Shown here: piece after piece, positions 37,191-49,084 of the stretch
Layout: each line of letters starts with the position of its first letter
Position numbering within the stretch: position 1 is the stretch's first letter
Program-made: the position numbers and the translations under genes
The notes under the pieces: model-generated
The model's input: only the letters and a program-made list of their open reading frames with translations
The model's database searches: none
Told to the model about the DNA's origin: nothing
Assembly: GCA_032718475.1 (NCBI GenBank)
Contig: JAUCBJ010001762.1
Coordinates: 43,876-107,875, forward strand
Length of the DNA: 64,000 bases
Origin: Nemertoderma westbladi
Lineage: Eukaryota; Animalia; Xenacoelomorpha
Reading direction: 5' to 3'

Positions 37191-39778
37191 GAATGGGATT
37201 CCCGGAGAGGTTTATTCCAGACACCTTACGGCAGCCTATCAAGAGGTCGTACATTGGAATTGTGCTCTGTTCGAGATTCCCAGGACACAGGTGGGTCGTG
37301 AGTTCGTGAACACCCTGACTAAGTTGCTAAAGGCCTTTAGCGAGAAATCGACTTTGGAAGGTATCGCAATGTGGGCCATTATGGTAATGCCAAAGCTGAT
37401 ATTACAGGCTGCGGTACTGTCCACAGAAACGTATTGTAGCGTTAATCAGACACTATCCCGGAGATTGGAACTCTGGAAGGCTGGAAATTTGGAAGAGCTG
37501 TTACAGGAGGGCAGGGCCATACACACTCGTAGAATAGCAACTGGAAACATAAGCAAGGAGAGCTCGGACAAAGTGAGAAAACGGTTTATCGCATTGATGA
37601 ACAATGGGCGTGTGGCTGCCGCAGTGGACATATTAGATGACGGCTCTGGGGGCTCCGTGCTTGGGCTCAATGATAAAATTGGAGATAAGACAGTAAAGGA
37701 TATCCTAATAGAGAAACACCCACAGCCCGGCACCTTGGATACATCTCTCATAGAACGCAACTGGGATGACAGCATGGAGTATCTCTTTTTGTAGACAATG
37801 ACGAGATAATGTCTCAGGAAGGGACTACACAGGGGGACCCGTTGGCATTGGCGATGTTTGCCTCAGGTACTCTGCCGATGGTAAAGAAGCTGTCTCGAAT
37901 ACTGCAGTCGCAGCTGTTGGGTTCAGGCGACACTTTGGCGTTGGGTGGAAACATTGGCAGTGCAGGGGACATTCTTGCCAGTGAGGAAGTGGATGTTCAG
38001 GGGACTACTACAAGCGTTTCGGGAACAATGCTGGGGAACCATGGAGTTGGTAATGCTGAGACTGGGATGCAGGACATTGATGTAGGTGTCGGTAAAGTTA
38101 ACAAGGGCAATGGAATCCATAAATGGTACACCGATGACGGAAATGTGGCCAGTGCACTGGAGACATTGCGTTCATATTGGGATGCAGCGGTGGCGATTCG
38201 GCCGGGATATGGGTACTACCCCACCAAGGTGTATTTAATTGTGAAGGACTCCCATCGTTTGCGCGCGTCAGAATTATTCGCAGCCACCCCTGTGAAATTG
38301 GTGGAGGGGCACAGAGTCTTGGGGTCAGTGATAGGAAGTGAAACTTTTTGCACAGAATACTTAGATCAGCGCATCAATCAGATATGTAAACAGTTGAATA
38401 ACCTCAAGGAAGTAGCTATTACGGCTCCCCACCCCGCCTATGGGTGCTTAATCCAATGGGATGCAACCAAAACTGAACTATCTTGCACGGACAACCCCGG
38501 GATTCGTTAAACACCTCGATAAGGTGGAAGAATGTGTTAATAACGAATTAATACCAACACTCACTGGCAGGTCTGCTCCAGGCACAATAGAAAGAGATCT
38601 ACTTTCTCTTCCGGTTAGAGAGGGGGGTTTAGCTATCAATAAACCCAACGACCATGTAGACAGCTACAGTAATTCGATACGGCTCTGCGAACCGCTTCAA
38701 AATTCCGATTCTAATCCCCGCTCCAGTCAGCAGACTATCTTAAAGGAGATTCACAAGGAACAGGAAGTACGGGTCAAACAGAAAGTCGCAGCTGTCGATC
38801 AACAGTTATCTGACAATTCGCGTTACCACTGCAGGCTAGCAAAGGAACGTGGGGCCTCTGTGTGGCTCACAGCACTGCCCTTACCCAAGTACAGCTTTTC
38901 CCTACATAAAACCGCCTTCCGGGATGCGCTGTGCTTGCGGTATGGGTGGCAGCCACCAAAGCTCCCAACACCCTGTGTCTGTGGTGCTAGTTTCACAGTT
39001 ACGCACTCACTGCACTGTCCAACGGGTGCCTATCCAATAATAAGACATAATGAGGTACGTGATTTCCTCGGCGAGCTACTGGTAGAGGTGGCGCACGATG
39101 TGGAGATTGAGCCACACCTCCAACCCGTGGAAGGTGAAGCATTCAGACTAGACAGCACCACCACGGACACCAACGCCAGACTAGATGTGGCTGCAAGCGG
39201 GCTCTGGGGCGGTCGTTTCGAAGGTGTGTTTGTGGACGTAAAAGTCTTTAACGCTTTATGCTCGTCAAACCTACGCTCTATAGATGCTTTGTATAACAAA
39301 CACGAGCGAGAAAAGCGAAGAAAATACGAACAAAGAATTAATGAGATCGAGCATGCTGGCTTTTTGCCATTCGTTATGGCTACAACTGGCGGAGCAAGCA
39401 GAGCATCGCACGCGCTGCTAAACAGAATCGCGTTGCTTCTCTCAACAAAGCGCAAAAGCCCCTATTCCACCACTCTGGCATTTATCAGAGCCCGACTTAG
39501 TTTTGCCCTACTACGGGCATCAATAATGTGCTTGAGGGGCGCACGGAGTTCAAGGGCAAAGTTGAACTCACGTAGCTTGAGGGAGACCGGCATCAGCGCA
39601 GCGGTGGCGGAGGCACGTATAGACGGGTGGTAGATTAAACTCTACTGTACTACATATTCTAACCGCCATTTCGGGCATTATTAGAATGACTAACTTTAGG
39701 CAGCTGCATTGGATTAACTTAATACCTGTTTGACTATAATTCTTAATTTGTTAAACAAGTAATTTGATAATGAATATA
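37191..39778 (+). mobile_element. CRE-clade non-LTR retrotransposon (RT remnant, CCHC, restriction-like endonuclease), internally deleted
   Basis: SQEGTTQGDPLA, WYTDD, LPVREGGL, CVCG..HSLHC, RHNEVRD, RLDV..FVDVKV, EKRRKY, PFVMATTGG. Confidence 0.85.
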
Positions 39779-40341
39779 TGTGACGGGATCCGGGGATCCC
39801 AATTTATCCGGTGTATTCGCTTACGCATCCCCGCCGCTAGTGAAAGAGTTTGTTATAGTTGTCGTTCCGATTGTTAATATAGATATGATGGCATAGTATA
39901 AAATGAGATAATATTGACAGATAGCACAGTTGATGTTTAGTTGAGGTTACCGGTAATAGTGATGGTAGCGGCAATGACGGTAACGAAAGTCACCGCTCTG
40001 CCCTCTAACTGTACTGGGATAACTGAATGAAATGACAGTTACCGGTAATATGTATTGCACCGTTGGCCGTATTGTGTCACTCAGTTGATGCCTTCCCCCC
40101 CATTGGCTAATAACCCTGTTGTCGCCCTTTGCCTCCCCTGAAGTGCTTCCCTTTGCCCCTGCTATTCTCTCTCTTTCAGGGGTGTAACCCCTGACCCCTA
40201 TTGTGCGTGTGTGTGTGTGTTTTCTCCTTCCCACTTTGTTGGGGTGACACGAGGTTGATATTGGCAATCAACCTCGTGTTCCCAATATTGCTTAACGGCT
40301 CACTTTATGGGGTTTGGTGAGGCGGAATTGATTCGCTAACA
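39779..40341 (-). repeat. 3' LTR (TGTTAGCG...GTCACA) with adjacent PPT
   Basis: Canonical TG...CA ends; PPT and upstream hairpin nearly identical to 11633-11681. Confidence 0.88.
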
Positions 40342-40911
40342 CTCCCCCCCATGCTATCTTCCCGGTGAGAAGATAGCATCAACCTCTAAGTGCACTTCAA
40401 TTCCGCTGGAACTCGATCTATTATCGGGTGTGGGGTGGAGTTATTTTTCTTGGAGTCGGCTTTCCAGGCCGCTCCCTATGGGTATGATGTCACTACCCTC
40501 TGGCGTCTCGTGTCGGGCCGATCGTGCGCTTCTCTCACACAATTTTTGTTTCCCCAACACTCTCGCCACTCTAACTAACTCCGCTCTAACTCCCCTCTTA
40601 CTCTCTCCCCACTCTTACACTCTCCCCACACCTGAATCGCACTCTAACTTCTCTCCATACTCCTCTCTACTCTCTACCACTCTCTAAGGCCCTAATCTCT
40701 AATGCTACCCCTGTGCTATCATACTATCTACCTACTACTTACCTACTAACTATCTAGCTCTCTTACTCTCTACTAACTCTCCGACTCTAACTAGCTCTAC
40801 TAAGTTTAACTAACTCCTAATAACTCTTTTAAGTCTCTAACTCCTAACTCTACTAACTCCTACTAACTCTCTACTTCTACTAACTCTCTCTAACTCTTAC
40901 CAACTCTCCAA

Positions 40912-41370
40912 CTACATGGCGCTTAGGGTGCCCACAACCCTCTGCTACTACCCCCATCTACGTGGCGCTTGCGGTGCCCACTACCATTCTACTACTAACT
41001 CTAACTAAAACCCTCTTACTAACTCTACCTCTATCTACGTGGCGCTAACGGTGCCCACAACCACAACCGGTACTACGTACCCTCTTACTAACTCTACCTC
41101 CATCTACGTGGCGCTAACGGTGCCCACAACCACAACCGGTACTACGTACCCTCTTACTAACTCTACCTCCATCTACGTGGTGCTAACGGTGCCCACAACC
41201 ACTCTACTACTGCTTCTACTCTACGTGGCGCTTCCGGTGCCCACAACCCCCCTACTACTACTCGTGGCATGACAATATGCCACACTCCCTTACCCCGCCG
41301 CCTTCTAACCTACTCTCCTTCTACGTGGCGCTTACGGTGCCCACAACCCCCCTACTACTACTCGTGGCAT
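40912..41370 (-). repeat. 3' UTR tandem array (CTACGTGGCGCT..CGGTGCCCACAACC on + strand)
   Basis: About 7 units; homolog of 5178-5450. Confidence 0.85.
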
Positions 41371-41641
41371 GACAATATGCCACACTCCCTTACCCGCCGC
41401 CTTCTAACTTACTCTCCTTCTACTAACTTATCTCCTGACTACTACTTACTATCTCTTCTAACTATTATTTAATTATTTTTATTATTTATTTTTAATTAAA
41501 TAATTAATTTTCTTGTGGGAAGGACGTCTCATCTCGCCCTCATTCCCACCCCCCTCAGTCCAAAACCTTGGACGACTATTTCTATGTGGGAAGGGCGTCT
41601 TGCCCTCATTCCCACCCCCCTCAGTCCAAAATATTGGACGA

Positions 41642-41989
41642 CTAAACTCTAAGGTGCCCTTTCTTCCAGTAGGCACTCTCCCACTGCCCTCCTATACGTC
41701 CTCTTACTCTTCGCCACACTTTCTTTGCCAATTCCACCTGACCAGGAATTGGCTCTCCCTCTTCCGCCACCTTATTAACTATCCCGTCTCCTGGCATCAA
41801 AATGCCACCTCCCACCTTGTTGTCTCCCGGCGGCAGAATGAAAAGAAAGTGAAAGAACAGGCAAAAAAGAAGGTACAATAATAGTCCTATCCCTTTCCAT
41901 CCTGTCTTCCTTCTCGACTTCCCCATTGTCGGTATGCGTCCCAACGGACCGGCGTCTCTTCCGGACACTCCTCCAGACACTCCTCCTGA
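41642..41989 (-). CDS. Basic plus transmembrane C-terminal extension in frame with Gag-protease
   Basis: GKSRRKTGWKGIGLLLYLLFCLFFHFLFILPP; homolog at 4600-4926 with many synonymous differences. Confidence 0.6.
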   Translation of the reverse strand, partial: SGGVSGGVSGRDAGPLGRIPTMGKSRRKTGWKGIGLLLYLLFCLFFHFLFILPPGDNKVGGGILMPGDGIVNKVAEEGEPIPGQVELAKKVWRRVRGRIGGQWESAYWKKGHLRV

Positions 41990-44894
41990 CTATTGTCCCC
42001 CTGACACTCCACCGGACACTCCTCCGAGTTTGTCCTCCGGCGCCGCCCGCTCCTCTCCATCTCCATACCGATGCTTGCTGGGAAATCCATTCTCCTCCGC
42101 CAACTCTCCTACGTCTACCTCCCTGTCTGGCTCTACTATCTCCCGTTTCTCCTCTTCGTCCTCTGCGTCTACGGTGCCTGGTAACATGCACCCTGATGTC
42201 TCTGTCACACTGCATGGGATCTTGGTTTTAACTGGGCCGCTAAGCGTCCATCCGAACGGCGTGAGGATCGCCGTCGGGTCCCGCTGCCTGTCTTCGCCGA
42301 AGACCGTCTGTGTTCTCTCGTGGGCCGTCGGGCAGTCCATTCCTACTATAATGGACACCTTCCTAACGTCCACCTTTGGTATTGAGAAATCGATACCGTC
42401 CAGGAATCTATACTGCTCGACCTCAATGTTGGTTGGTCGCCTGGCGTTGATATTTATCGATTCTATGACGTGGATGGGGTCGATCGTCGCCCCATAGTCG
42501 CATCCCGGTGCAATCGCTGCTATCCTGCACCGCCCCGTCCTCGTCTCCAGGACCTCATCTTTACTCGAGACGGTAGTTACCGCCATTCTATTCGGCCTCG
42601 TCTTTAGCCCTATCTCTTCGGCCACCCAGTTCTCCACCAGCGTGAAGGCTGCTCCGCTGTCGACCAGCATTAATGTCGTTACTGATCGACCGCCCTCTCC
42701 TGATATCTTTACTGGTACTACCCCGAGTAGTACTTTTCTCTTCTTCTCCTCTTCTGTCATGCTTGTAGCCATTGTTTGGCCTCCAGTCTCCTCCTCTCTT
42801 GCTGCTGTTTCTCTACACTCTCCGGGTCTGTGTCCTTCTACCACACATCGATGACATAGTCCGTTTGCGTCTGTGTAGGCTACACGATCTTGTTTGGGCA
42901 ACGCTTGCCAGTGCTTACAACTCCTGGTCTTATGGGTTCCGTCCCGGTGTAATTGACATTCGAATCCTGGATTATAGCGTTCCCTGTATAGTCCCTCACG
43001 TATCGCGCGTAGGTTTATATGTACCGATTTAGTGTTTTGGTTGTCTGTACTCGGCCTACTGGGTATATTGGGATTGTGTTTATTTATGGTGTTATTTTCT
43101 TTCTGTCCCTGCCACGGTGTGGCCCTACTCCCAGCTAACTGTGGGCTTGTAGCCCCCTGTGTGGCCGCATGTGGTAGCGACTCTCTTACTCTCGAGAATG
43201 GATCCGTCGGATTATGTTCGGGTCCAGGCCTGTTGTATTCGGTCTTTGGTGCCTTCCCCAAACTATCCTCACTATAGACTGGGTCTGTAATTAATTCGGC
43301 TTCATAGTTTAGGAAGCTCGACATTTCTTCTAGGCCCGGTTCCGCACCTTTCTTCTCTCGAGTGGAGAAGGCGATCTTCCTCCACTTTCTCCGCAGCCAG
43401 ATCGGCAGTGCCTGCGCTATCGTGGTGATGTTGTTAGACGCGTTGAGTTCGTATGGTGCGTCTAGCGTCTTTAACACGATTAACGCCTTCTCGACCTTAT
43501 TCGCAAAGGTCTTTATGCTAACGGGATTATCCTGTAGGCCATCCGATGTTATGCCTCTCAGGGTTTGCCGGATGATCTTGGCTGGGTGCCCGTACTCCCT
43601 ATCTAACGCCCGCCATGCTGTCGTGAAGCCGCCCTCGATGCCCTGGTATTGCCTCACGATGTCGTATGCTGGGCCTCCTGTATATACTTGCAGATATTTT
43701 AGGCACTCCGCCTGCGTCAAGTTCTTACTTAATATCTCGTTGCTGTACATGCGCCGAAACTGCAGGTATTCTTCCGGCCTACTTCCGTCGAATTTAAATG
43801 GCTCGACTGGTGGTAACTCGATCCTGGTCTTTAATGCATCGATTAATGTGGCCATTCCCATCGCTTGCGCTTCCAATGGGTTCGATGGATGTTGTACAGA
43901 CTCTCCTATTGGGTGCGGTCCGTTCGTCCTATCTGTTGTTGATTTTATTTGTTGCGTCGGATATATCATTGGGGGTAACGGCCCCCTCCATATTTCCGTG
44001 TCGCACGACCTGCTCTCGTCCAAGGGGTTCGATGTTCTTGCTCCTATTGGGGTATATTGTTGATATTGTGATGGGGGAATGTCACCCTGTCCCCCCCCCC
44101 CCCCCCCCCGCCGGTATGTTTGGTACTGGGGTTGATGTTAATATATTGGGGCCCATACACCTATCTGCAATAACTCTCCCCTCCCCTGGATATATGTTAT
44201 GTCCCTGTGTATTATAGTCATGCTGCTGTACCGGTACCGATATAGGCCTATCTGCTTCTTGCCTACCTACCGGTATGTACTCCGCGACTTCCGGGTTTAA
44301 TCCCGTCGTTCGCGCTACCCTATCGCCTACTCTATCTCTCCCAGCATGGCCTATAATAGTATGTGCAGTAAGGCCTACAGTATGTCCTGCAGTCTGCATG
44401 TGCCCTTCCGAACCGAAGTTTATTCTTCGCGAATCTCGAATCTCCCCGCGACTACCGTACTCTCGATCGGCAGCTATATCCCGTCGGGAAGTTTCCCCTC
44501 GATCCCCTCTCCTGTTCTCTTCTTCGTACCGGTACGTCCTGTACCGCTCTCCTGGTGTGCGGTGCGTTTCTCCGGGGCGACGGCAATCTCCCGAAGTTCG
44601 ACCCCACTGACTCCCTAACTCCATCTCTACTATCGACGGCTCGCTATCCGTCCTCGCTCTCCGGTTGCCCCTAGCAACGACTCTTCTATTATCTTCACTC
44701 CTTTTCTCTTCGACCTCTCGGCTAAACTCTGCTAATCTTCTTCTATCTTCGATCTCTCTGTTAAACTCTACTAATCTTCTTCTATCTTCGATCTCTCTGT
44801 TAAACTCTACTAATCTTCTCTCTTCTGACTGGGCTTGACGTTCCGTCGCCCGCCCTCTCGCGACGTCAACCTGTCTCTCTCTGCTCGATCGCAC
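41990..44894 (-). CDS. gag: BEL/Pao Gag plus aspartic protease (frameshift at the homopolymer near 44090-44110)
   Basis: PFKFDGSRPEEYLQF..CLKYLQVYT; CHRCVVEGHRPGEC; MLVDSGA; IIVGMD..TPFGW. Confidence 0.88.
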
Positions 44895-45689
44895 GCCGCT
44901 GGGGATACTCGCAATCCCCCTATTACTCTCCGTTGCCGGGTGTTGCGGTTTACCTAGCTCGGCCCGCGCATTATCCGCCGACGCCTGTGGGACACTCTCT
45001 GCCCCCCCCTCTTGCTACTAATCTCTCACGGTGGGGTGCCCGTAGCCCCCCCCCCCCCCCCACCCGCCGCTTCTAACTTCACTATCTCTTACTACACTTT
45101 TGCGTCCCTCTTGTCGGACATTCTCTACCTCCCCCCTCTCGCCACTAATCTTCCGTGGTGGGGCGCCCATAGCCCCCCCCCCCCCCCCCACTCGCCACAT
45201 CTTACTTCACTATCTCTTACTTCGTCTTACACCCCTCTCTAGTCGACGCACTGTCTCTACTACGGCTGGGTCCATTCACCCCCGCCTCTCTCTCTACTAC
45301 TGCGTGGCCTACCAGGCTCACCTCGGGTTGTCTCAACCCCGCTACCTCCTGCCTACCAACTACGTGGCCTACCAGGCCGCCGTCGGGTTGGCTCAACCCC
45401 GCCACCTCCTGCCCACTAACTACGTGGCCTACCAGGCCGCCGTCTGCCGGGCTATACACGTCTGACACGTTCACATTAATAGCACCATTCCCAATATTAT
45501 TTGTTAAATCAATTAAATTATTAGAATTTGAAACGGGATTATTATTTAAATTATTTAAATTACAATTGTTATTATTTTCAAAATTTAAATTATTATTCGA
45601 ATTGTTTGAATTATTCTGAATATTTGAATTAATATTATTATTTGAATTTGAATTACCATTTACCTACTTACATTACCATTTATTTTTCC

Positions 45690-46630
45690 TCAAGGTTCCT
45701 ACATATGTAACATTGTGTACTCTCAGTTCATTAACAAGATCTACGTTTGAAAAAAAATGTATGCACAAACATTACGACCCGAATTAATGATTGGTTTAAC
45801 AAGATCCAGAACTACTCTCTTTCCTTGACCAATTTCCCGTTTCTGACCAGGAATTTTGTCAAGATAAACCTACCCGTTACAGGGGTACCAAGTCGATGAA
45901 TCACAAGGCCACCAAATTTTTATCCCATATCTGGCCGGTTTAGATTTTATATATTGTCTGAAGGGACAGTTTCCCCTAAACGGTGTTAACATTATCAATA
46001 GTTACTGCTGGACTGCTGGTATATACAAAAACTTTAGGTGAGTGATAAACATATCCAAGATAAATATATCTTGCTCAAGATGGGCACTTCTAGTTTCTTT
46101 ATTATCAAACCTCAGCAATCACATCAATTCGGATAATCGACAGGAGAACACAGCATTATAGATTGGACGACCTCGCTCAGTGTGAAACAGTTCCGATATT
46201 GGAAGTCTGGAATCTCGCTGTAGTCCAGCCATAATCAGGAATCCTATAAAGCCAATAATTTATTCCATTGAGAAAGGAACAAATTTATCACCCATAACTG
46301 TCTTTCCCTTGCAACTCCATTGCAGAACTTGAGCTGCAGATAGTGACTGCTGGGTGTGAGTAGGAAGACCAGTTCAATATTTACATTACGAGTTTTTCCA
46401 GTTGGAGGTGGAACTTCTGACTACTTTATAAATCCATCCTTTGAGATGAACTTGTCTCTGGCAGATGATGTTTCTACTTCACTGGGATCCCTGGGATCCT
46501 CACCTCCACTACATTCTGAATCTGATTCAGATTCAGAATTGTGTTCTAGGATGTCTTCCTCACTAACATCAGACCCAGAGTCTGCCTCCTCATCCTCTTC
46601 AAACTCCCCTAAGACAACACCATCGAGGTA
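45690..46630 (-). pseudogene. piggyBac transposase, N-terminal half
   Basis: Manual translation: acidic N-terminus, FIGFLIMAG, RPIYNAVFS, LLRFDNKETR, FRGNCPFRQYIKSKPARYGIK, VVLDLVKPIINSGRNV. Confidence 0.8.
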
Positions 46631-47602
46631 ATTTGTTGGTTGAATATCAAATTTATTCTTTGAAACACTAAAGTATGTAATCTGTTATACTGTATAAATG
46701 ATCTGTTCCTAAAATGATCTGATTTACTCCAACTACTGTCGATCCGGTCTGTCTGTCCGGTCAGTGTCAGTCGTGTCCGGCTCAGGGTAGGCAGTTTCCG
46801 CGTCCCTTTCAGGCTCGTAGTTGCTTCGTTCACAGCCAACTAATATGCCTGCCAGTCCCTTGTGGCGCCTTTTCAGGCTCATACCACGTCAACCAGCGCA
46901 CCACTCAGGCAGTCCGGAGTCCAGTCCTTGACCTGTTCCCTCGCGGTGCCAATTAGTCAGCATACTCCCTTTAGCATAACCTTTTTAATCATTTTCGGCC
47001 AAGTAGTTACACCGACCAGCACACTCCTCAGGGTTTGTCCCTATCCTTCATGGCGCCCTTGGTCAGAGTACTATTGAGTCCTTTGAGTTTTTTGGGGGTT
47101 TCAGATTTCGGAATTTTGGTTTTATGGTCCCTGGGTCTTATTAGAGTTTTCATATTCAATTCAATATTCAATTAATATATGCCCGGTACAAAATGAAAAT
47201 AACGCCAACATCTTATTATAATTACATTGCATCTTATTTACTGTACATTATAATACTACTAAATATTAATAATAATAAATTATAATAAAATTAGACAATC
47301 TATCTGACACAACCATGAGACTTTTTTTTTGTTTTTTAGTAGGATTAATGAAGTGACTGTCTTCAGCAGTTATTCATAAATAATTCAATGCTTACTACAG
47401 GTAGTATTATTTAAATGGCACACCATATCTTTCATTTAAGTTGAAGAAGTTACAATTATTTAGTCTGAGATACTATTCTACTGAGTTACAATTCTTTAAT
47501 CTGAGATACTATTCTTCTGAGTTACAATTATTTAGAGTTAGTACATAAGTAAGTGATTAGTCGATTATGAAACAATTTATTGTTTATTATTATATATTGC
47601 AG

Positions 47603-47728
47603 ATGTTAATGAATGTCTAAACGATACATACCTTTGTAATGAAAATGCAACATGCACTAATACAATGGGGTCCTATAGTTGTGATTGTAATATCGGCTTT
47701 ACTGGTGATGGTACAGGTTTTTGTAAAG
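47603..47728 (+). CDS. Host gene exon: calcium-binding EGF domain
   Basis: ag|(D)VNECLNDTYLCNENATCTNTMGSYSCDCNIGFTGDGTGFCK|gt; phase 1-1, 126 nt. Confidence 0.92.
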
Positions 47729-47849
47729 GTAATAAATGATTCAAACTCTATTTATACGGAGCGACAAAGGAACTTTTATTTTGTGGGGGATAATGTCATA
47801 GAACTAGTACAAAGTCTAGATGTTTGATCTGGTTATGGAGCCCATAGCA

Positions 47850-48280
47850 GCGAGGACACAAAAATTAATGTAGGACACAAACATTAATAAGAGGCACATT
47901 AATGAGGGACACAAACATCAATGAGGGGCACAAACTTTAATGAGGTACAAAAATATTAATGAGGTACACAAACATTCATGTGGGACCACATTAATGACGG
48001 ACACATACATTAATGAGGGACACACAATAATGATGGACACATACATTAATGAGGGACACACATTAATCACGGACACAAACATTAGTCAGGGGCACAAACG
48101 TTAATCGAGACATACATTAATCAGGGACACAAATATTAATGAAGGACACACATTAATAAGGGACACAAACATTATAGAAGGACAGAAACATTAATGATGG
48201 ATACACATTAATGAGGTGCACAAACATTAAGGAGTGACACAAACATTAATGAGGGATACAAAAATTAATGAGGACACACA
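47850..48280 (-). repeat. Degenerate copy of the 19-bp minisatellite (intronic)
   Basis: (ACACAAACATTAATGAGGG)n, reverse complement of the 33070-33920 unit. Confidence 0.85.
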
Positions 48281-48284
48281 TTAA

Positions 48285-48365
48285 CCCTATTAGTACAGGG
48301 CTATACAATGTTGTACAAGTACCGGGGTGGGGGTCATATTGACACCCTTCTAAAATCTACAAATA
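48285..48365. mobile_element. Left-end remnant of the piggyBac-type MITE seen at 17935
   Basis: TTAA|CCCTATTAGTACAGGGCTATACAATGTTGTACAA...GGTCATATTGAC. Confidence 0.75.
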
Positions 48366-48404
48366 GAAAAACTCAACATACTATAAATAGGCTTATATTT
48401 TCAG

Positions 48405-48626
48405 ATTACTGTGAATTAATGCCCTGTCTCATGAACTCAAAATGTACCCCTCTTGAGGATCCAGGGGAAATTTTTTCACGATTATGTACTTGTACTGATG
48501 GATACTTCGCTACTGCGGATAGATATACAGCCAAATGGTGTCAAAATAATCTTTATCATGATAGAAATTGTGAATCGAAATATATGAGGAAATTTTGTGC
48601 AACAACATGTGGTTTTTGCTTGCCTT
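48405..48626 (+). CDS. Host gene exon: EGF/ShKT hybrid module 1
   Basis: ag|DYCELMPCLMNSKC..LCTC..DRYTAKWC..NCESKYMRKFCATTCGFCLP|gtaag; phase 1-1, 222 nt. Confidence 0.85.
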
Positions 48627-48922
48627 GTAAGTTTATTTTATATTGATTAAGTTAATGGTAACATCATCATATCAAGTGCATTTAGTGTATTAAAAGTATG
48701 CCAAACATAAATAACAGGTGATGTGTGCAGTGCAGTGCAAAATATAAGTTTTGTACAATATACTTAGAATTTCATGCATATGTCGGTTTCTTCTAGATTC
48801 TCAGTGTCGTCCATTGCATCACGAGCCACGGCCATCATGCTGAACCAGTTGCAAGTAACATACCAGTATGGTTATTATGAGAACTGGATAGATAGTGCTA
48901 ATTATGTAATATTTAATTATAG

Positions 48923-49084
48923 CTCCATGTTCCAGAACAGGAATGCATATGTGCAATGAATGTAACACTAATAATACAGCGAAATGCTACGATGATGATA
49001 AATTCACACATTATTGCTCGTGTGAGAGTGGAATGAAACTATTGGAGGACAAAGATGAAAGGTGTCGTTCATGGGCCTCTTTAG
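48923..49084 (+). CDS. Host gene exon: EGF-like plus first half of ShKT (module 2)
   Basis: ag|SPCSRTGMHMCNECNTNNTAKC..YCSCESGMKLLEDKDERCRSWASLG|gtaaat; phase 1-1, 162 nt. Confidence 0.8.

Larger units (their letters stand above)
39779..45465 (-). mobile_element. Non-autonomous BEL/Pao derivative (Gag-protease-TM; no RT/RH/IN), 5'-truncated
   Basis: Gag-PR ORF 41990-44023, only the last ~17 integrase codons retained, 3' UTR arrays, PPT and LTR. Confidence 0.85.

Noticed and set aside
41934-42497. Pro/Ser-rich antisense ORF over the Gag-PR-TM linker
   Set aside because: Substitutions between the two copies are synonymous in the sense frame, and the antisense frame has stops in both copies over the TM region
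48798-48870. Additional Cys-containing exon between the EGF/ShKT exons
   Set aside because: Phase-1 reading hits TGA
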